Positions 1 through 8,377 of a stretch of 32,000 nucleotides of DNA are shown one piece after another. Made by a program: the position numbers and the translations under genes. Under the pieces are notes generated by a model. It was not told where the DNA came from. It made no database searches and saw only the letters and a list, made by a program, of their open reading frames with translations. The stretch is from Acaryochloris thomasi RCC1774 (GTDB lineage Bacteria; Cyanobacteriota; Cyanobacteriia; Thermosynechococcales; Thermosynechococcaceae). Location: positions 60,001 to 92,000 of the forward strand of contig NZ_PQWO01000009.1 of assembly GCF_003231495.1 (NCBI RefSeq), in the 5' to 3' direction. Numbering within the stretch: position 1 is the stretch's first letter; every line of letters begins with the position of its first letter.

Positions 1-236
1 TTGCCAAACATATTAGGCATGATCACGAACCAGTCCGTCGGGTCTAAAATACCCTCAGGTCGGACCAACCAATCTACATCTTTATGCTGCGCCCCATAGG
101 ATGTTGGATAAAGAATGGCGTTGGAGTGCTCTGCGTTCAGCTCTCCATAGGTTTGATAGACGAGCTGCGCTTCTGGTAGCACAGTCCCACACTGCAGCGA
201 AAAGTCTCTGATCGAAAAAAGCTTCGCGTCACCCAT
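1..236 (-). CDS. Partial CDS (N-terminal 78 codons, continues past the window start): MetX-like alpha/beta hydrolase, homoserine O-acetyltransferase family
   Basis: Not in the ORF track because it runs off the window. My translation from the ATG at 236-234 is MGDAKLFSIRDFSLQCGTVLPEAQLVYQTYGELNAEHSNAILYPTSYGAQHKDVDWLVRPEGILDPTDWFVIMPNMFG. An in-frame TAA lies three codons upstream. The Y.TYG.LN....NAIL pattern recalls the N-termini of MetX-type hydrolases. Confidence 0.5.
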   Translation of the reverse strand, partial: MGDAKLFSIRDFSLQCGTVLPEAQLVYQTYGELNAEHSNAILYPTSYGAQHKDVDWLVRPEGILDPTDWFVIMPNMFG

Positions 237-259
237 TACCCATTACCCATTCGTCAGCT

Positions 260-1216
260 TTACTTGAATGCTGCAACTATCTTTTGATTGACGTTCAAGT
301 AGCCTGGTTCAATATGGGCAAAGTGCGTTTTTAACTGCTGGTGTGCTTTCGGTAGCCTGTGAAAGGGAATGGAGGGGTACAGGTGGTGCTCTGTGTGATA
401 AGACATGTTCCACATTAGGAGCTGGAGCGGCGATAGGGTTAGGGTTGTGCGGGTGTTGGTGAGGGGATTGTCATCACTGCTGCAGCCTGTATGCTCGGCA
501 AGGAGAATGAAGCGGAGAAAGGGTTGGCCTACGGCTAATGGCAGAAGCCAGTATTTTGCTAGGAACCAAGGATGACCAAGGGTGGTTGAGATAAGTGCGA
601 TCGCAACCCCTATACCCAACTGTAGCCGAGTGGAGCGAATCACCTCTGCATGGGTTGCTTCAGGCAAAAAGTAACAATTATCCAGTTGCCCGAACGCTGT
701 TTTAAGATGACCGACAATCTTCCCTTGCCACCAAGGAATCCCACTGAGCTGCCATAGGTATTGCAATACATTTTCAGGTTCTAGATCACCCAACTCAGGA
801 TCTTTGCCTGCAATCCGGGTGTAGCGATGGTGCCACTTGTGATAGCGCCGATAGAAGGTGCTGTTGTAGAACGATAGCAGACCTGCAAACCAAGCCGCTC
901 CGTCATTGAGCTTAGCGTTGGCGAAAGCTGTCCGATGCGCACATTCGTGCATCGCGCAAAACATGAACGCTAGGCTGATGCCGTACAGGAAAAGAGACGG
1001 TAGGGCTAGCCAAGTAGAGCCAGTTCCCCACAGATAACCGCTAAGACCAATGATGGCTAAGTGGGCCGTTAGCCTCACGCTACCTTCGAGGTTAGAGCGC
1101 TCATTCAATGCCGCAAGGTCGCGGGTCGCTAAAATCTGACGGGGATTCGCAACAGGAACTGCCGCTGGGCTGGGGGGCTGGAAAACTTCAGAGACCATTG
1201 TTTTTGCAGTTTGCAT
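260..1216 (-). CDS. Membrane fatty-acid desaturase family protein (di-iron, three His boxes)
   Basis: 318-aa ORF with His boxes HECAH, HKWHH and HTEHH and hydrophobic segments between them. Substrate and regiospecificity cannot be called from sequence alone. Confidence 0.85.
   Translation of the reverse strand: MQTAKTMVSEVFQPPSPAAVPVANPRQILATRDLAALNERSNLEGSVRLTAHLAIIGLSGYLWGTGSTWLALPSLFLYGISLAFMFCAMHECAHRTAFANAKLNDGAAWFAGLLSFYNSTFYRRYHKWHHRYTRIAGKDPELGDLEPENVLQYLWQLSGIPWWQGKIVGHLKTAFGQLDNCYFLPEATHAEVIRSTRLQLGIGVAIALISTTLGHPWFLAKYWLLPLAVGQPFLRFILLAEHTGCSSDDNPLTNTRTTLTLSPLQLLMWNMSYHTEHHLYPSIPFHRLPKAHQQLKTHFAHIEPGYLNVNQKIVAAFK
597..604. repeat. HIP1 (highly iterated palindrome GCGATCGC); first of 19 copies in the window
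   Basis: Hand scan found exact GCGATCGC starting at 597, 1978, 5524, 8789, 10024, 10538, 15627, 16549, 17941, 19251, 19484, 22231, 23308, 23698, 24382, 24934, 25735, 28081 and 29614. About 0.5 copies would be expected by chance at around 50% GC. This over-representation is a known cyanobacterial genome signature. Confidence 0.9.
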
Positions 1217-1241
1217 AGAGGTGAACTGATGCTAGCAAAGA

Positions 1242-1256
1242 TGACCTAGTAGGTCA
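1242..1256. promoter_or_regulatory. Perfect 15-bp palindrome TGACCTA-G-TAGGTCA in the desaturase/GntR divergent promoter region; candidate GntR/HutC operator
   Basis: Read directly from the sequence: 7-bp perfect arms, 26 nt upstream of the desaturase start codon. A second inverted repeat GTATG-N4-CATAC lies at 1308-1321, 29 nt upstream of the GntR start. Both contain the GT...AC core typical of GntR-family operators. Confidence 0.35.
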
Positions 1257-1349
1257 CTTGTTATGACAAGTTGAATCTAGCATGCTCTTGCAATGTCTAG
1301 CAAGGTGGTATGCGACCATACAAGAGCTTGAGCGGTTCACCAAATTTCT

Positions 1350-2060
1350 ATGTCCATTCCCCTGCATATCGCGATCTCTGAAAAACTTCGTCACCAAATC
1401 GAGGCAGGTGACTATCTGCCTGGGGAGAAATTGCCCAGTGAGCATCAGTTGATGGAGACTTTTCACGTCAGCCGAATTACCGTTAGACAGGCTATTGCTA
1501 ACCTCGTCAATCAGGGATTGGTGAAGGCGCAGCGAGGCAAAGGCGTTTTTGTCACGCCTCAGCAGAAAGTGGCCTATTCACTGTCGAGTCCTCTGGTTTT
1601 TATGGAGCAGGATCTAGCAGATGATGGCATACAACTGACGTTCAAAAGTTTGACCTTCCGTAAGGTGCGTCCTTCTAATCAAGTCCGAGAAGTTTTACAG
1701 CTCAGTCCTCAGGCCAGTGTTTATCTGCAGAAAAAGTTGTTGCGAATGGATGGGGCTGTCGGGGCCATTGACGTCAGCTATATTCTGCCTGAGTTAGGCC
1801 AGAAATTGGCTCCTCAGCTAAAGAAGAAAATGACCTTTCCTACTTTAGAAGAGAACGGTATCTCCATTGAGCGTGTCGATGCTCTGATCGAATGCACCCA
1901 TGCTGATTACGAAATGAGCGAACACCTTGAGGTTCCCCTCGGACAGCCGCTGATTGTTTATCGATATACTGCTTGTTGCGATCGCAACAAGCCCATTCTG
2001 CACGGTGAAACCATCTCGCGGGCAGACCGTTTCTGCTATTCCCTTAGTACCAAACGGTAG
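1350..2060 (+). CDS. GntR-family transcriptional regulator, HutC subfamily (winged HTH plus UTRA-like effector domain)
   Basis: The N-terminus LPGEKLPSEHQLMETFHVSRITVRQAIANLVNQGLVKAQRGKGVFV is a classic GntR wHTH. The 236-aa length and C-terminal half fit the HutC/UTRA type. Divergent from the desaturase gene. Confidence 0.85.
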   Translation: MSIPLHIAISEKLRHQIEAGDYLPGEKLPSEHQLMETFHVSRITVRQAIANLVNQGLVKAQRGKGVFVTPQQKVAYSLSSPLVFMEQDLADDGIQLTFKSLTFRKVRPSNQVREVLQLSPQASVYLQKKLLRMDGAVGAIDVSYILPELGQKLAPQLKKKMTFPTLEENGISIERVDALIECTHADYEMSEHLEVPLGQPLIVYRYTACCDRNKPILHGETISRADRFCYSLSTKR

Positions 2061-2242
2061 CTGGCTCCAGTACTGACTCTAGTTCCCAGCGCAGCTCCCC
2101 TTGAGATAGTGGTATCTGGAGACCTGTTGCTGTCTAGTGTCTCTTGGCTCGGTGCAAGAGTACGTCGCAGGGAAGGGATGTACGCTCTCTCTGTCCTTCA
2201 ACTGCATGGGCGTGCCGCGATGTGAACGAAGAAGAGAAGTCC

Positions 2243-2674
2243 TTAGAATTTAGAAGATTTGGCCTTCTGATATCGTCTTTGCCGTCGCTTAGACCGTCTT
2301 CTCCAGAGTATTGGCAGCCCTAACCCCAACCCTCCTAAAAAGCCCAGCTGGGAAGGTGCCTTACGGAGAATTGTGGTTTGTTTCGTCTGAGCCGGTTGCC
2401 CAGGGCGAGATGGGGAACGGTAATCAGCAGAAACAAAGGACAGAAAACCGATAATGATAAATGAGCTTAGACGACTGAGTGATTTGTCTATGGGAGGTGT
2501 CCTGTGGTTGGTGGCATAGGTACTGACGATGAACCAAACAAACAACCCGACCGCAATCACTAAGCCAATGTTATTTAGGGTCGGATTTTGAGCAAAGGTA
2601 TAGATTGCCCCTTCAGTGGGACCGTCTGCAGCGCCTTTAAACTCTTCAATCGTGCTAAATGGACTAGTGGACAT
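2243..2674 (-). CDS. Small membrane protein of unknown function (about 3 hydrophobic segments, highly basic C-terminal tail), translationally coupled to amt
   Basis: 143-aa ORF. A strong SD AAGGAG lies 8 nt upstream of the ATG and immediately abuts the amt TAA stop (2687-2689). Hydrophobic segments are IGLVIAVGLFVWFIVSTYA, LSSFIIIGFLSFVSA and LGFLGGLGLGLPILW, followed by RRRSKRRQRRYQKAKSSKF. Confidence 0.6.
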   Translation of the reverse strand: MSTSPFSTIEEFKGAADGPTEGAIYTFAQNPTLNNIGLVIAVGLFVWFIVSTYATNHRTPPIDKSLSRLSSFIIIGFLSFVSADYRSPSRPGQPAQTKQTTILRKAPSQLGFLGGLGLGLPILWRRRSKRRQRRYQKAKSSKF

Positions 2675-2686
2675 GAGTCAATCTCC

Positions 2687-4090
2687 TTAACGTTGCGGAG
2701 TTCCTGAAGAGACAGGAGCCATGGGCGAGGAAACCCGACCGTTGTGTTCTTCTTGTTCAATGATTGAGTACTCGGGGTAGCCTCTCAAGCTGAAATCAGC
2801 TAGGTCTAAACCTGTAATTTCTTCCGCTTCAGGCACGCGCAGCATATTGAGTTTCTTGAGTACAAAGCTGACCCCATAGCCAGGAATGAAGCCCAGAAGG
2901 ATCGTACAGACTGCCGTCCCTATCAACTGTCCGACAAAGCCTGTCAGGGGAATGCCGTCGCCCTGAGGGTAGCCAGTCGCTATCACACCCACCGCCATCG
3001 CACCAAGCATGCCGCAGTAGCCGTGGACTGCAAAAGCACCTACGGCATCATCAATTCCAGCTTGCTCAATGGCTTTGCCTACAAAGGGCATGGTGTAGGC
3101 TCCGATGAAGGCAATGAGAATGACGAGCACGGGACTGTACAAGTCAAGACCCGCTCCCACCGAGATGATGCCAGCCAGCCCTCCTGAAATCGTAAAGAAC
3201 GGATCTGCTTTGGAGCTGATGTAGGCACCGACTATGCCAGAGGCGAGGGCAAGGGTCGTATTTACCCCAATGGAGGCCAGTGTCATCGGCGTATCGTAGA
3301 TGGTTGCTTCTACAGTCTGACCGGGTACAAAAATAACGCAGGCGGCCAAGAAGGCGTAGAAACCGACAAAAATCAGCATCAGACCCACCATCGTCAAGGG
3401 GAGATTGTGGGGCAGGATTGTTCTGGGTTTTCCCGTTGGGTCAAACTTACCAATCCGAGGACCAAGGTTGATTAATACTCCCAGTGCAAAAAAGCCAGAA
3501 ACCCCGTGAACAACGGCTGAACAGCCAAAGTCGTGATAGCCAAACTGGGTAAAAAACCAGCCGAAGGGACTCCAGCCCCAAGACGCAGCGACAACCCAGG
3601 TAAAGGAACCCAGCACAACGGCCAGGATCGCATAGGCTCCCACCTTTATTCTTTCGATGACTGCCCCGGACAGAATTGAGGCGGTGGTCATGGCAAAGAG
3701 GGCAAAAGCAAACCAGAAAACGCCGGTCAAATTATCGGAAACGTTCGGCCCTAAGGCCGGGGACCAAGGATAGGAGGCCTGAACCAGTGCCAGTACTTCG
3801 CCAACGGTGCCTTCCGCATTTGGATCCGTCCAGGGACCAACAATGCCGCCTGTCAGCGGGAAGAGGGGGAAGGCATTGTAGACCCACCAGCCAAAGAAGA
3901 AAAAGGTGAGGCCCACAATAGAAAGCGTCAGCAGATTTTTAGTCATCGTTGCCAGTACATTCTTAGCCCGAGAGGCTCCACCTTCGTAGGCTAGAAAGCC
4001 AACGTGAATGACTAGCATAAAGACGGATGCCCAATAGTAATAGGACTCCGAGACGAACGTTGCCAAAAACTCTTGCGATTCGGGGGTCAT
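2687..4090 (-). CDS. amt: Ammonium transporter (Amt/MEP family)
   Basis: 467 aa and multi-TM. Amt signatures are AVVHGVSGFFALGVLINLGPRIGKF and FAVHGYCGMLGAMAVG. SD AAGGAG lies 10 nt upstream of the ATG at 4090. Confidence 0.95.
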   Translation of the reverse strand: MTPESQEFLATFVSESYYYWASVFMLVIHVGFLAYEGGASRAKNVLATMTKNLLTLSIVGLTFFFFGWWVYNAFPLFPLTGGIVGPWTDPNAEGTVGEVLALVQASYPWSPALGPNVSDNLTGVFWFAFALFAMTTASILSGAVIERIKVGAYAILAVVLGSFTWVVAASWGWSPFGWFFTQFGYHDFGCSAVVHGVSGFFALGVLINLGPRIGKFDPTGKPRTILPHNLPLTMVGLMLIFVGFYAFLAACVIFVPGQTVEATIYDTPMTLASIGVNTTLALASGIVGAYISSKADPFFTISGGLAGIISVGAGLDLYSPVLVILIAFIGAYTMPFVGKAIEQAGIDDAVGAFAVHGYCGMLGAMAVGVIATGYPQGDGIPLTGFVGQLIGTAVCTILLGFIPGYGVSFVLKKLNMLRVPEAEEITGLDLADFSLRGYPEYSIIEQEEHNGRVSSPMAPVSSGTPQR

Positions 4091-4349
4091 AACTTAATCA
4101 CTCCTTGAGATTGCCAGGAATGAGGCAATGGCGAACCATTTGCCTGCCCAGTAAATGTGAAACTATGTGCAAATTGCGTCAGTACAAAAAGCTTCCAGGT
4201 GTACTTATACAACCGGCTCAAGTTCTATAAAATAGGCCCGCGTCATAGACTTTGGACGGTCGTCAAAATATTTTTCTTGGTTTTTATTCTGAGGTGATCT
4301 CAGCCAACTTGTTATGTCAAGAGTATGCAGCGATTGCCACAAACAGACT

Positions 4350-4363
4350 GTATTAAGCACTAC
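4350..4363 (-). promoter_or_regulatory. NtcA-type binding site GTA-N8-TAC (GTATTAAGCACTAC) with a -10-like hexamer 22 nt downstream on the minus strand; candidate amt promoter
   Basis: Exact GTAN8TAC read in the sequence. On the minus strand CATACT (4327-4322) follows after 22 nt, overlapping TACTCT (4325-4320). This matches the canonical NtcA-activated promoter layout GTAN8TAC-N22-TAN3T and would give a leader of about 220 nt. A chance match in about 600 bp is not negligible, roughly 0.15. Confidence 0.45.
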
Positions 4364-4720
4364 TTATAGCTGTACCCGGCTGAGTTGGGACAGCCTTTCT
4401 TTGATACAGATGGGTTTCAGCCATTTTTATGTCCTAATCAATACGTGTATTGCTATAAAACCTGATTTTGAATAGTGGAATTAGCGGCAGCAGAAATGAT
4501 ATTTAGGAGGGAAGGGCTGGTGCTAATCGATGTAACTCTTTCTTGAGCAATAGCCATCGGATGCTTCCCAAAATAACGGAGAAGTTAGATGAACGAGGCT
4601 GTATGTAGCGCGTTGTAATGGGTGGTAAATTCTGGAATCTTCCTAAGTCTCTCCTTCTAAGAGGCTAAGGAAGATTACGCAGCCAACCCTGTATAAAAGG
4701 GCTCTATGTATAAAAAGGAT

Positions 4721-4999
4721 CTATACAACGGAGATAGAAGCGTTGCTCAAAGAATCTGTACAGTAATCAGATAGATGAGGACTTCTACAACTATCTTTTT
4801 GCCAAAGCACCGGGCAAAAGCTTTCGTCCATCTCGATATTGCCGACCCGTTTGTAGCGACCATAGATGTATTCAGTAAAAAAATCGGGGGGTAGAAAATT
4901 TTCAAGAATCAGAAATCCATCGGCTTTAGGTTGCTCAATCTGAGTTGGAGAAAGACGGATAGGCTGATAGGTCATCACGGTATCCTCTGTCTTCAGCAA
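4721..4999 (-). pseudogene. Short ORF resembling only the N-terminus of a PhyH-type Fe(II)/2-oxoglutarate dioxygenase; probable gene remnant
   Basis: The segment LSPTQIEQPKADGFLILENFLPPDFF resembles the L(T/S)xEQ...F..DGFL(V/I)(L/I)ENFL N-terminal motif of phytanoyl-CoA dioxygenase-like proteins. Those are normally about 250-280 aa; this ORF has 92 codons and then loses similarity. Confidence 0.3.
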
Positions 5000-5091
5000 G
5001 AGAAAAATGTAGTTGATATATCAACGCCAACATTTTCTACTTGTCATAATAAGTTTTCTGCTTTAAAAATTAGTGTGCTTCGTTACCCTTT

Positions 5092-5835
5092 ATGCAATCT
5101 CAAACCTCACTGACGGTTCAGTCTGGTTATCTGAACATCGTGGCTAGCAACTTCGATGCCCGTCCCATGAGTTCGATGACGCCCGGAGGCCACCGCATTG
5201 GATATGAACCCAGCTTGGCCCACGCGGTCTGCAAGCATCTTGGTCTCACCCCCGTGTGGCACAATCTGCCGATGCAGGATTTCTATGCCTGTCTGCAGTT
5301 TACTAGCCCCAGAACCAGTCCCTATGATGTTGTGTGGTTCAATCAGGCGATCACACCTGAGCGACAGCAGTGGGTGACGTTCACCCAGCCCTACGGTTTA
5401 TTTGATGAGGCTGTGTTGGTGCGGCAGACTAATATTATCTCCTCGCCGGATGAGCTGAGGGGGCAGCGAGTTGGGGGCTTAGCAGACAGTACTAATATTG
5501 TCTTGGTTGGGGGTTTTGCGGATGCGATCGCAGTTCCCTACCCCGGCAGCGATAAGGTTCTGCCTGAGATGTTGGCAGCATTGAGGGCTGGGGAGATTGA
5601 TGCCCTCATTGATGATGAACTGGTGTTGATGGTCGCTGCAGAGTAAGATCCCAATCTTCGCCTGGCCTTTAGCTTGCCAACTCAGGCTCAGTTTGCGATC
5701 GGTGTTTCCAAAGATCGGCCTCTGTTAGTTGAAAAATTGGATGATGCACTTTCAGCCTTACAGGCTGATGGCACAATGGCGCAGCTCTGGGAGCAATGGA
5801 TTCCCTGGAAACCGTTTCCGTTCAATCTCCAATAG
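5092..5835 (+). pseudogene. Family-3 (amino-acid type) ABC solute-binding protein gene, disrupted by an in-frame TAA at 5644-5646 and lacking a signal peptide
   Basis: The ORF-track protein ends ...IDALIDDELVLMVAAE*. The same frame continues as DPNLRLAFSLPTQAQFAIGVSKDRPLLVEKLDDALSALQADGTMAQLWEQWIPWKPFPFNLQ to a TAG at 5833-5835, which is the expected C-terminal lobe. The frame opens only at 5074, just after a TAG at 5071-5073, so no leader peptide can be encoded. Confidence 0.7.
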
Positions 5836-6007
5836 GCAGATCAGAAGAATCGCAGGGACGCGGACTTCATAATTGCTTGGGCTGTGTCGTAAAAAGTTGG
5901 TGCGATCAGTCGTCGGTGTAATCCAGAAAATCTAATTGTCTTCCACACTTGACTGGCACTGCTCCTTTAAGGAGTGATTGCTAAGATGTTTTTGCAGTAT
6001 TAGTTTT

Positions 6008-6912
6008 AGAGGCTATTTATAAAGGAAAGCTGAAGTGAGGGTAGTTAGTTGTCTATTGATCATAGATTTCAAGTGTCGCGTTGTTTTGCACTCTATGTCT
6101 GATAAACCCTACGCCACTGACCTGACCGATGCAGAGTGGTCTATCTTGTCGCCTTTGATTCCTAAAGCTAAAACAGGCGGTCATCCCCGCACAGTAGATA
6201 TGCGCTCAGTTTGTAATGCGATCTACTACCAACTCAAAACAGGCTGTCAATGGCACCTACTTCCCCATGATTTTCCGCCCAGCTCAACAGTCTATTTCTA
6301 CCACCGCAGATGGCAGCGCCATGGCCACTGGGAACAGATGAACCATAGACTGCGTGAGCAACTACGCCAAAAGCTAGGCAGAGATGCCCATCCCAGCGCA
6401 CTTGCAACAGATAGTCAGTCGGTCAAAACGACTGAAAAAGGGAAGAGGTGTATGGCTTTGATGGCGGCAAGAAAGTCAAAGGCAGAAAGCGTCATGTCCT
6501 CGTCGATAGCTTAGATCTGCTGTTGAAGGTGGTGGTCACTGCGGCCAACACCAGTGAACGATTAGCTAGCGCCTATGCCCTGATGGAGTTATGGGATGAG
6601 TACCGAAAATGTCTCAATTACGTCAAGGTATTGTGGGTTGATGGCGGCTATAGCGGCGACAAGCTTGCATTGGCGGTATGGCTGATGATTCAAGCAAAGG
6701 TCGAAGTGATTCAACGCATGGGGCCAGAGTTTGAACTTTTACCTAAGCGGTGGGTCGTTGAACGCACCTTTGAGTGGCTCAACTGGTATCGGCGTTTGAG
6801 TAAGGATTACGAGCGCTTACCAGACATGAGTGAGGCGGCTATCTATGCGGTGATGACGAGAATCATGCTGAAACGATTAGCGGCCTAAAGATTCACTTTA
6901 TAAATGCCCTCT
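6008..6912 (+). mobile_element. IS5-family insertion sequence (IS427/IS1031-like size class, about 905 bp)
   Basis: Terminal inverted repeats are AGAGGCTATTTATAAAG (6008-6024) and CTTTATAAATGCCCTCT (6896-6912), matching at 15 of 17 positions. They enclose the two-frame transposase. If the IRs start at GAGG, the flanks are TTA and TGA. Both are TNA but they are not identical, so there is no clean target-site duplication. Confidence 0.85.
6095..6888 (+). CDS. IS5-family DDE transposase encoded in two overlapping frames joined by a -1 frameshift
   Basis: Frame A: MSDKPYATDLTDAEWSILSPLIP...SVKTTEK. Frame B opens after a TGA at 6433-6435 and reads ...REEVYGFDGGKKVKGRKRHVLVD...VDGGYSG...ERTFEWLNWYRRLSKDYE, giving the D, D and E/YREK-like motifs. 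The A-run slippery site gAAAAAg lies at 6434-6440. The likely start is the ATG at 6095 (MSDKPY) rather than 6035. Confidence 0.85.
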
Positions 6913-7047
6913 GAGCAAATGCAAAACTTGTTGATTGCTGAGCAAGTCATTCATCGGTTGTGTGGTCTCTTTTTAGGGATGACAAGGTAGCTATAGCTTA
7001 GTATTTGCGACACAGCCCAGATTCTGATCGTATCAGAACGGCTCCAC

Positions 7048-7893
7048 TTATTCAGGCTGGATACTCAGGGCTGACAGTTTCGGTTTTATTGCTCCTTTTC
7101 GTCCTATTGGGATGCATAAGGGAGTTCTAGAAACTGGATCGCTAATAATCTGGCTCTCTAAGCCGAATACTGCTCGCATCATTGCTTCAGTCATCACCTG
7201 TTTGGGATTGCCTTGGCTGCAAATTTTGCCTGCTTTTACCACCACTAGATGATCGGCATACCGGCACGCCTGATTCAGATCGTGCAGCACCATCAAAATC
7301 GTTCGGTTCTGCTGTTGGTTTAAGTCATAGAGCAAATCTAAAATCTCTATCTGGTGCGCAAGATCAAGATAGGTTGTGGGTTCATCTAATAGTAAAATTT
7401 CGGTATCCTGAGCTAAAGTCATAGCGATCCAGGCTCGCTGGCGTTGTCCACCAGATAGATTGTCCAGAGCACAGTGGGTAAATTCCTGCATTTGAGTAAT
7501 AGACAAAGCCCAATTCACCTTTTGCTCGTCTTCTTTAGACCATTGCTGCAACCAGCTTTGATGAGGGTAGCGACCCTGAGCGACCAGATCTTTCACTGTC
7601 AAACCCTCGGGTGCAGTGGGGCCTTGGGGCAGCAAGCCTAGGCGTTTTGCAATCTCTTTTGTTGAAAGTTTTGTGATCGCATCCTCGCCTAAGTACACCG
7701 TCCCTTGCCTAGGCTTCAATAAGCGTCCAAGTCCCTTCAGTAAGGTAGATTTGCCGCAGCCATTTGGCCCCACCAACATCGTAATCTTACCGGTTGGAAT
7801 CGCCAAATTAAGAGACTCAATAATGGTCTTACCTTCGTAAGCCAGTGTTAGATTACGAGTTGTCAAGGCTACTGAGGAAATAGAGTTAACCAT
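7048..7893 (-). CDS. Iron-siderophore/cobalamin-type ABC transporter ATP-binding protein (FecE/FhuC/FepC family)
   Basis: Walker [10 protein letters not shown], signature LSGGQRQR, Walker B ILLLDEPT and H-loop VLHD. Same strand as the FecCD permeases. Confidence 0.9.
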   Translation of the reverse strand: MVNSISSVALTTRNLTLAYEGKTIIESLNLAIPTGKITMLVGPNGCGKSTLLKGLGRLLKPRQGTVYLGEDAITKLSTKEIAKRLGLLPQGPTAPEGLTVKDLVAQGRYPHQSWLQQWSKEDEQKVNWALSITQMQEFTHCALDNLSGGQRQRAWIAMTLAQDTEILLLDEPTTYLDLAHQIEILDLLYDLNQQQNRTILMVLHDLNQACRYADHLVVVKAGKICSQGNPKQVMTEAMMRAVFGLESQIISDPVSRTPLCIPIGRKGAIKPKLSALSIQPE

Positions 7894-7942
7894 GAAGACT
7901 TGAAATATTTACGAGGAAACCATTGCCAGAGCGCGAAGAGGT

Positions 7943-8377
7943 TTAACTAAAATCACGGAGCATTTTCTTGATTTCGAGATTATGCATCTCCTCTTGGCCT
8001 ATTTTGGTGCGAACATATTCTTTCAGATAAATGCTAGCGTCCTCCACCACATCTAAGAGCTTCTTATACATCTCCAATGCAGTTTGTTCATGGTTGAGGC
8101 TTTCTTGCAAAAGATCTGTGACCGAATGTTGATGAGTTTCTTCAATGGTAGAGATGCGCTGGCTGGGATGCCCCTCTAAGCCGGTAATGATCTCCCCCGC
8201 TTCTTGAGCATGAAGCAATGACTCTTCAGCCTGCGCCTTGAAGAAGGCCACAATCGGGATGCGGTTTGGTCCAGTCACCATTAGAGAGTAGTGGGTGTAA
8301 CGAACTACGCCAGCTAGCTCAAATTCCATGATTTGATTGAGTAGCTCAGTGGTGCTCTTGATATCAAGATCTTTCAT
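7943..8377 (-). CDS. Ferritin-like superfamily protein, Dps-like (144 aa)
   Basis: Four-helix-bundle pattern. The core YTHYSLMVTGPNRIPIVAFFKAQAEESLLHAQEAGEIITGLEGHP aligns without gaps to [45 protein letters not shown] of the clear Dps at 21810-22337. EEMH is present in the last helix. Confidence 0.75.
   Translation of the reverse strand: MKDLDIKSTTELLNQIMEFELAGVVRYTHYSLMVTGPNRIPIVAFFKAQAEESLLHAQEAGEIITGLEGHPSQRISTIEETHQHSVTDLLQESLNHEQTALEMYKKLLDVVEDASIYLKEYVRTKIGQEEMHNLEIKKMLRDFS

Noticed and set aside
231-250. Heptamer tandem repeat CCATTAC, about 2.5 copies
   Set aside because: It is a very short, low-copy microsatellite-like repeat sitting at a start codon and stop context. There is no evidence of function.
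2243-2350. The C-terminus of the small amt-linked protein as a PEP-CTERM sorting signal
   Set aside because: A hydrophobic helix plus Arg cluster is present, but the defining P-E-P motif is absent (the sequence is APSQLGF...). The resemblance is superficial.
3676-3909. 77-aa plus-strand ORF inside the amt gene
   Set aside because: It is antisense to a strongly supported Amt coding frame. Its product is Arg/Pro/Gln-rich low-complexity sequence with no start context.
6035-6094. 20-codon N-terminal extension of transposase frame A (MRVVSCLLIIDFKCRVVLHS)
   Set aside because: It starts with GTG close to the left IR. IS5-family OrfA proteins typically begin near the conserved ...Y.TDLTD.EW motif, which fits the ATG at 6095.
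7182-7840. Plus-strand ORFs 7182-7424 and 7616-7840 inside the ABC ATPase gene
   Set aside because: They are antisense to a frame containing all the Walker, signature and H-loop motifs.
7943-8377. Calling the 144-aa ferritin-like protein a bacterioferritin
   Set aside because: Aligned on the HA...LEG segment, the residue corresponding to the Bfr ExxH glutamate is Ser (EESLLH), and no haem-ligand Met is evident. The core aligns without gaps to the Dps paralogue, so the call is Dps-like.
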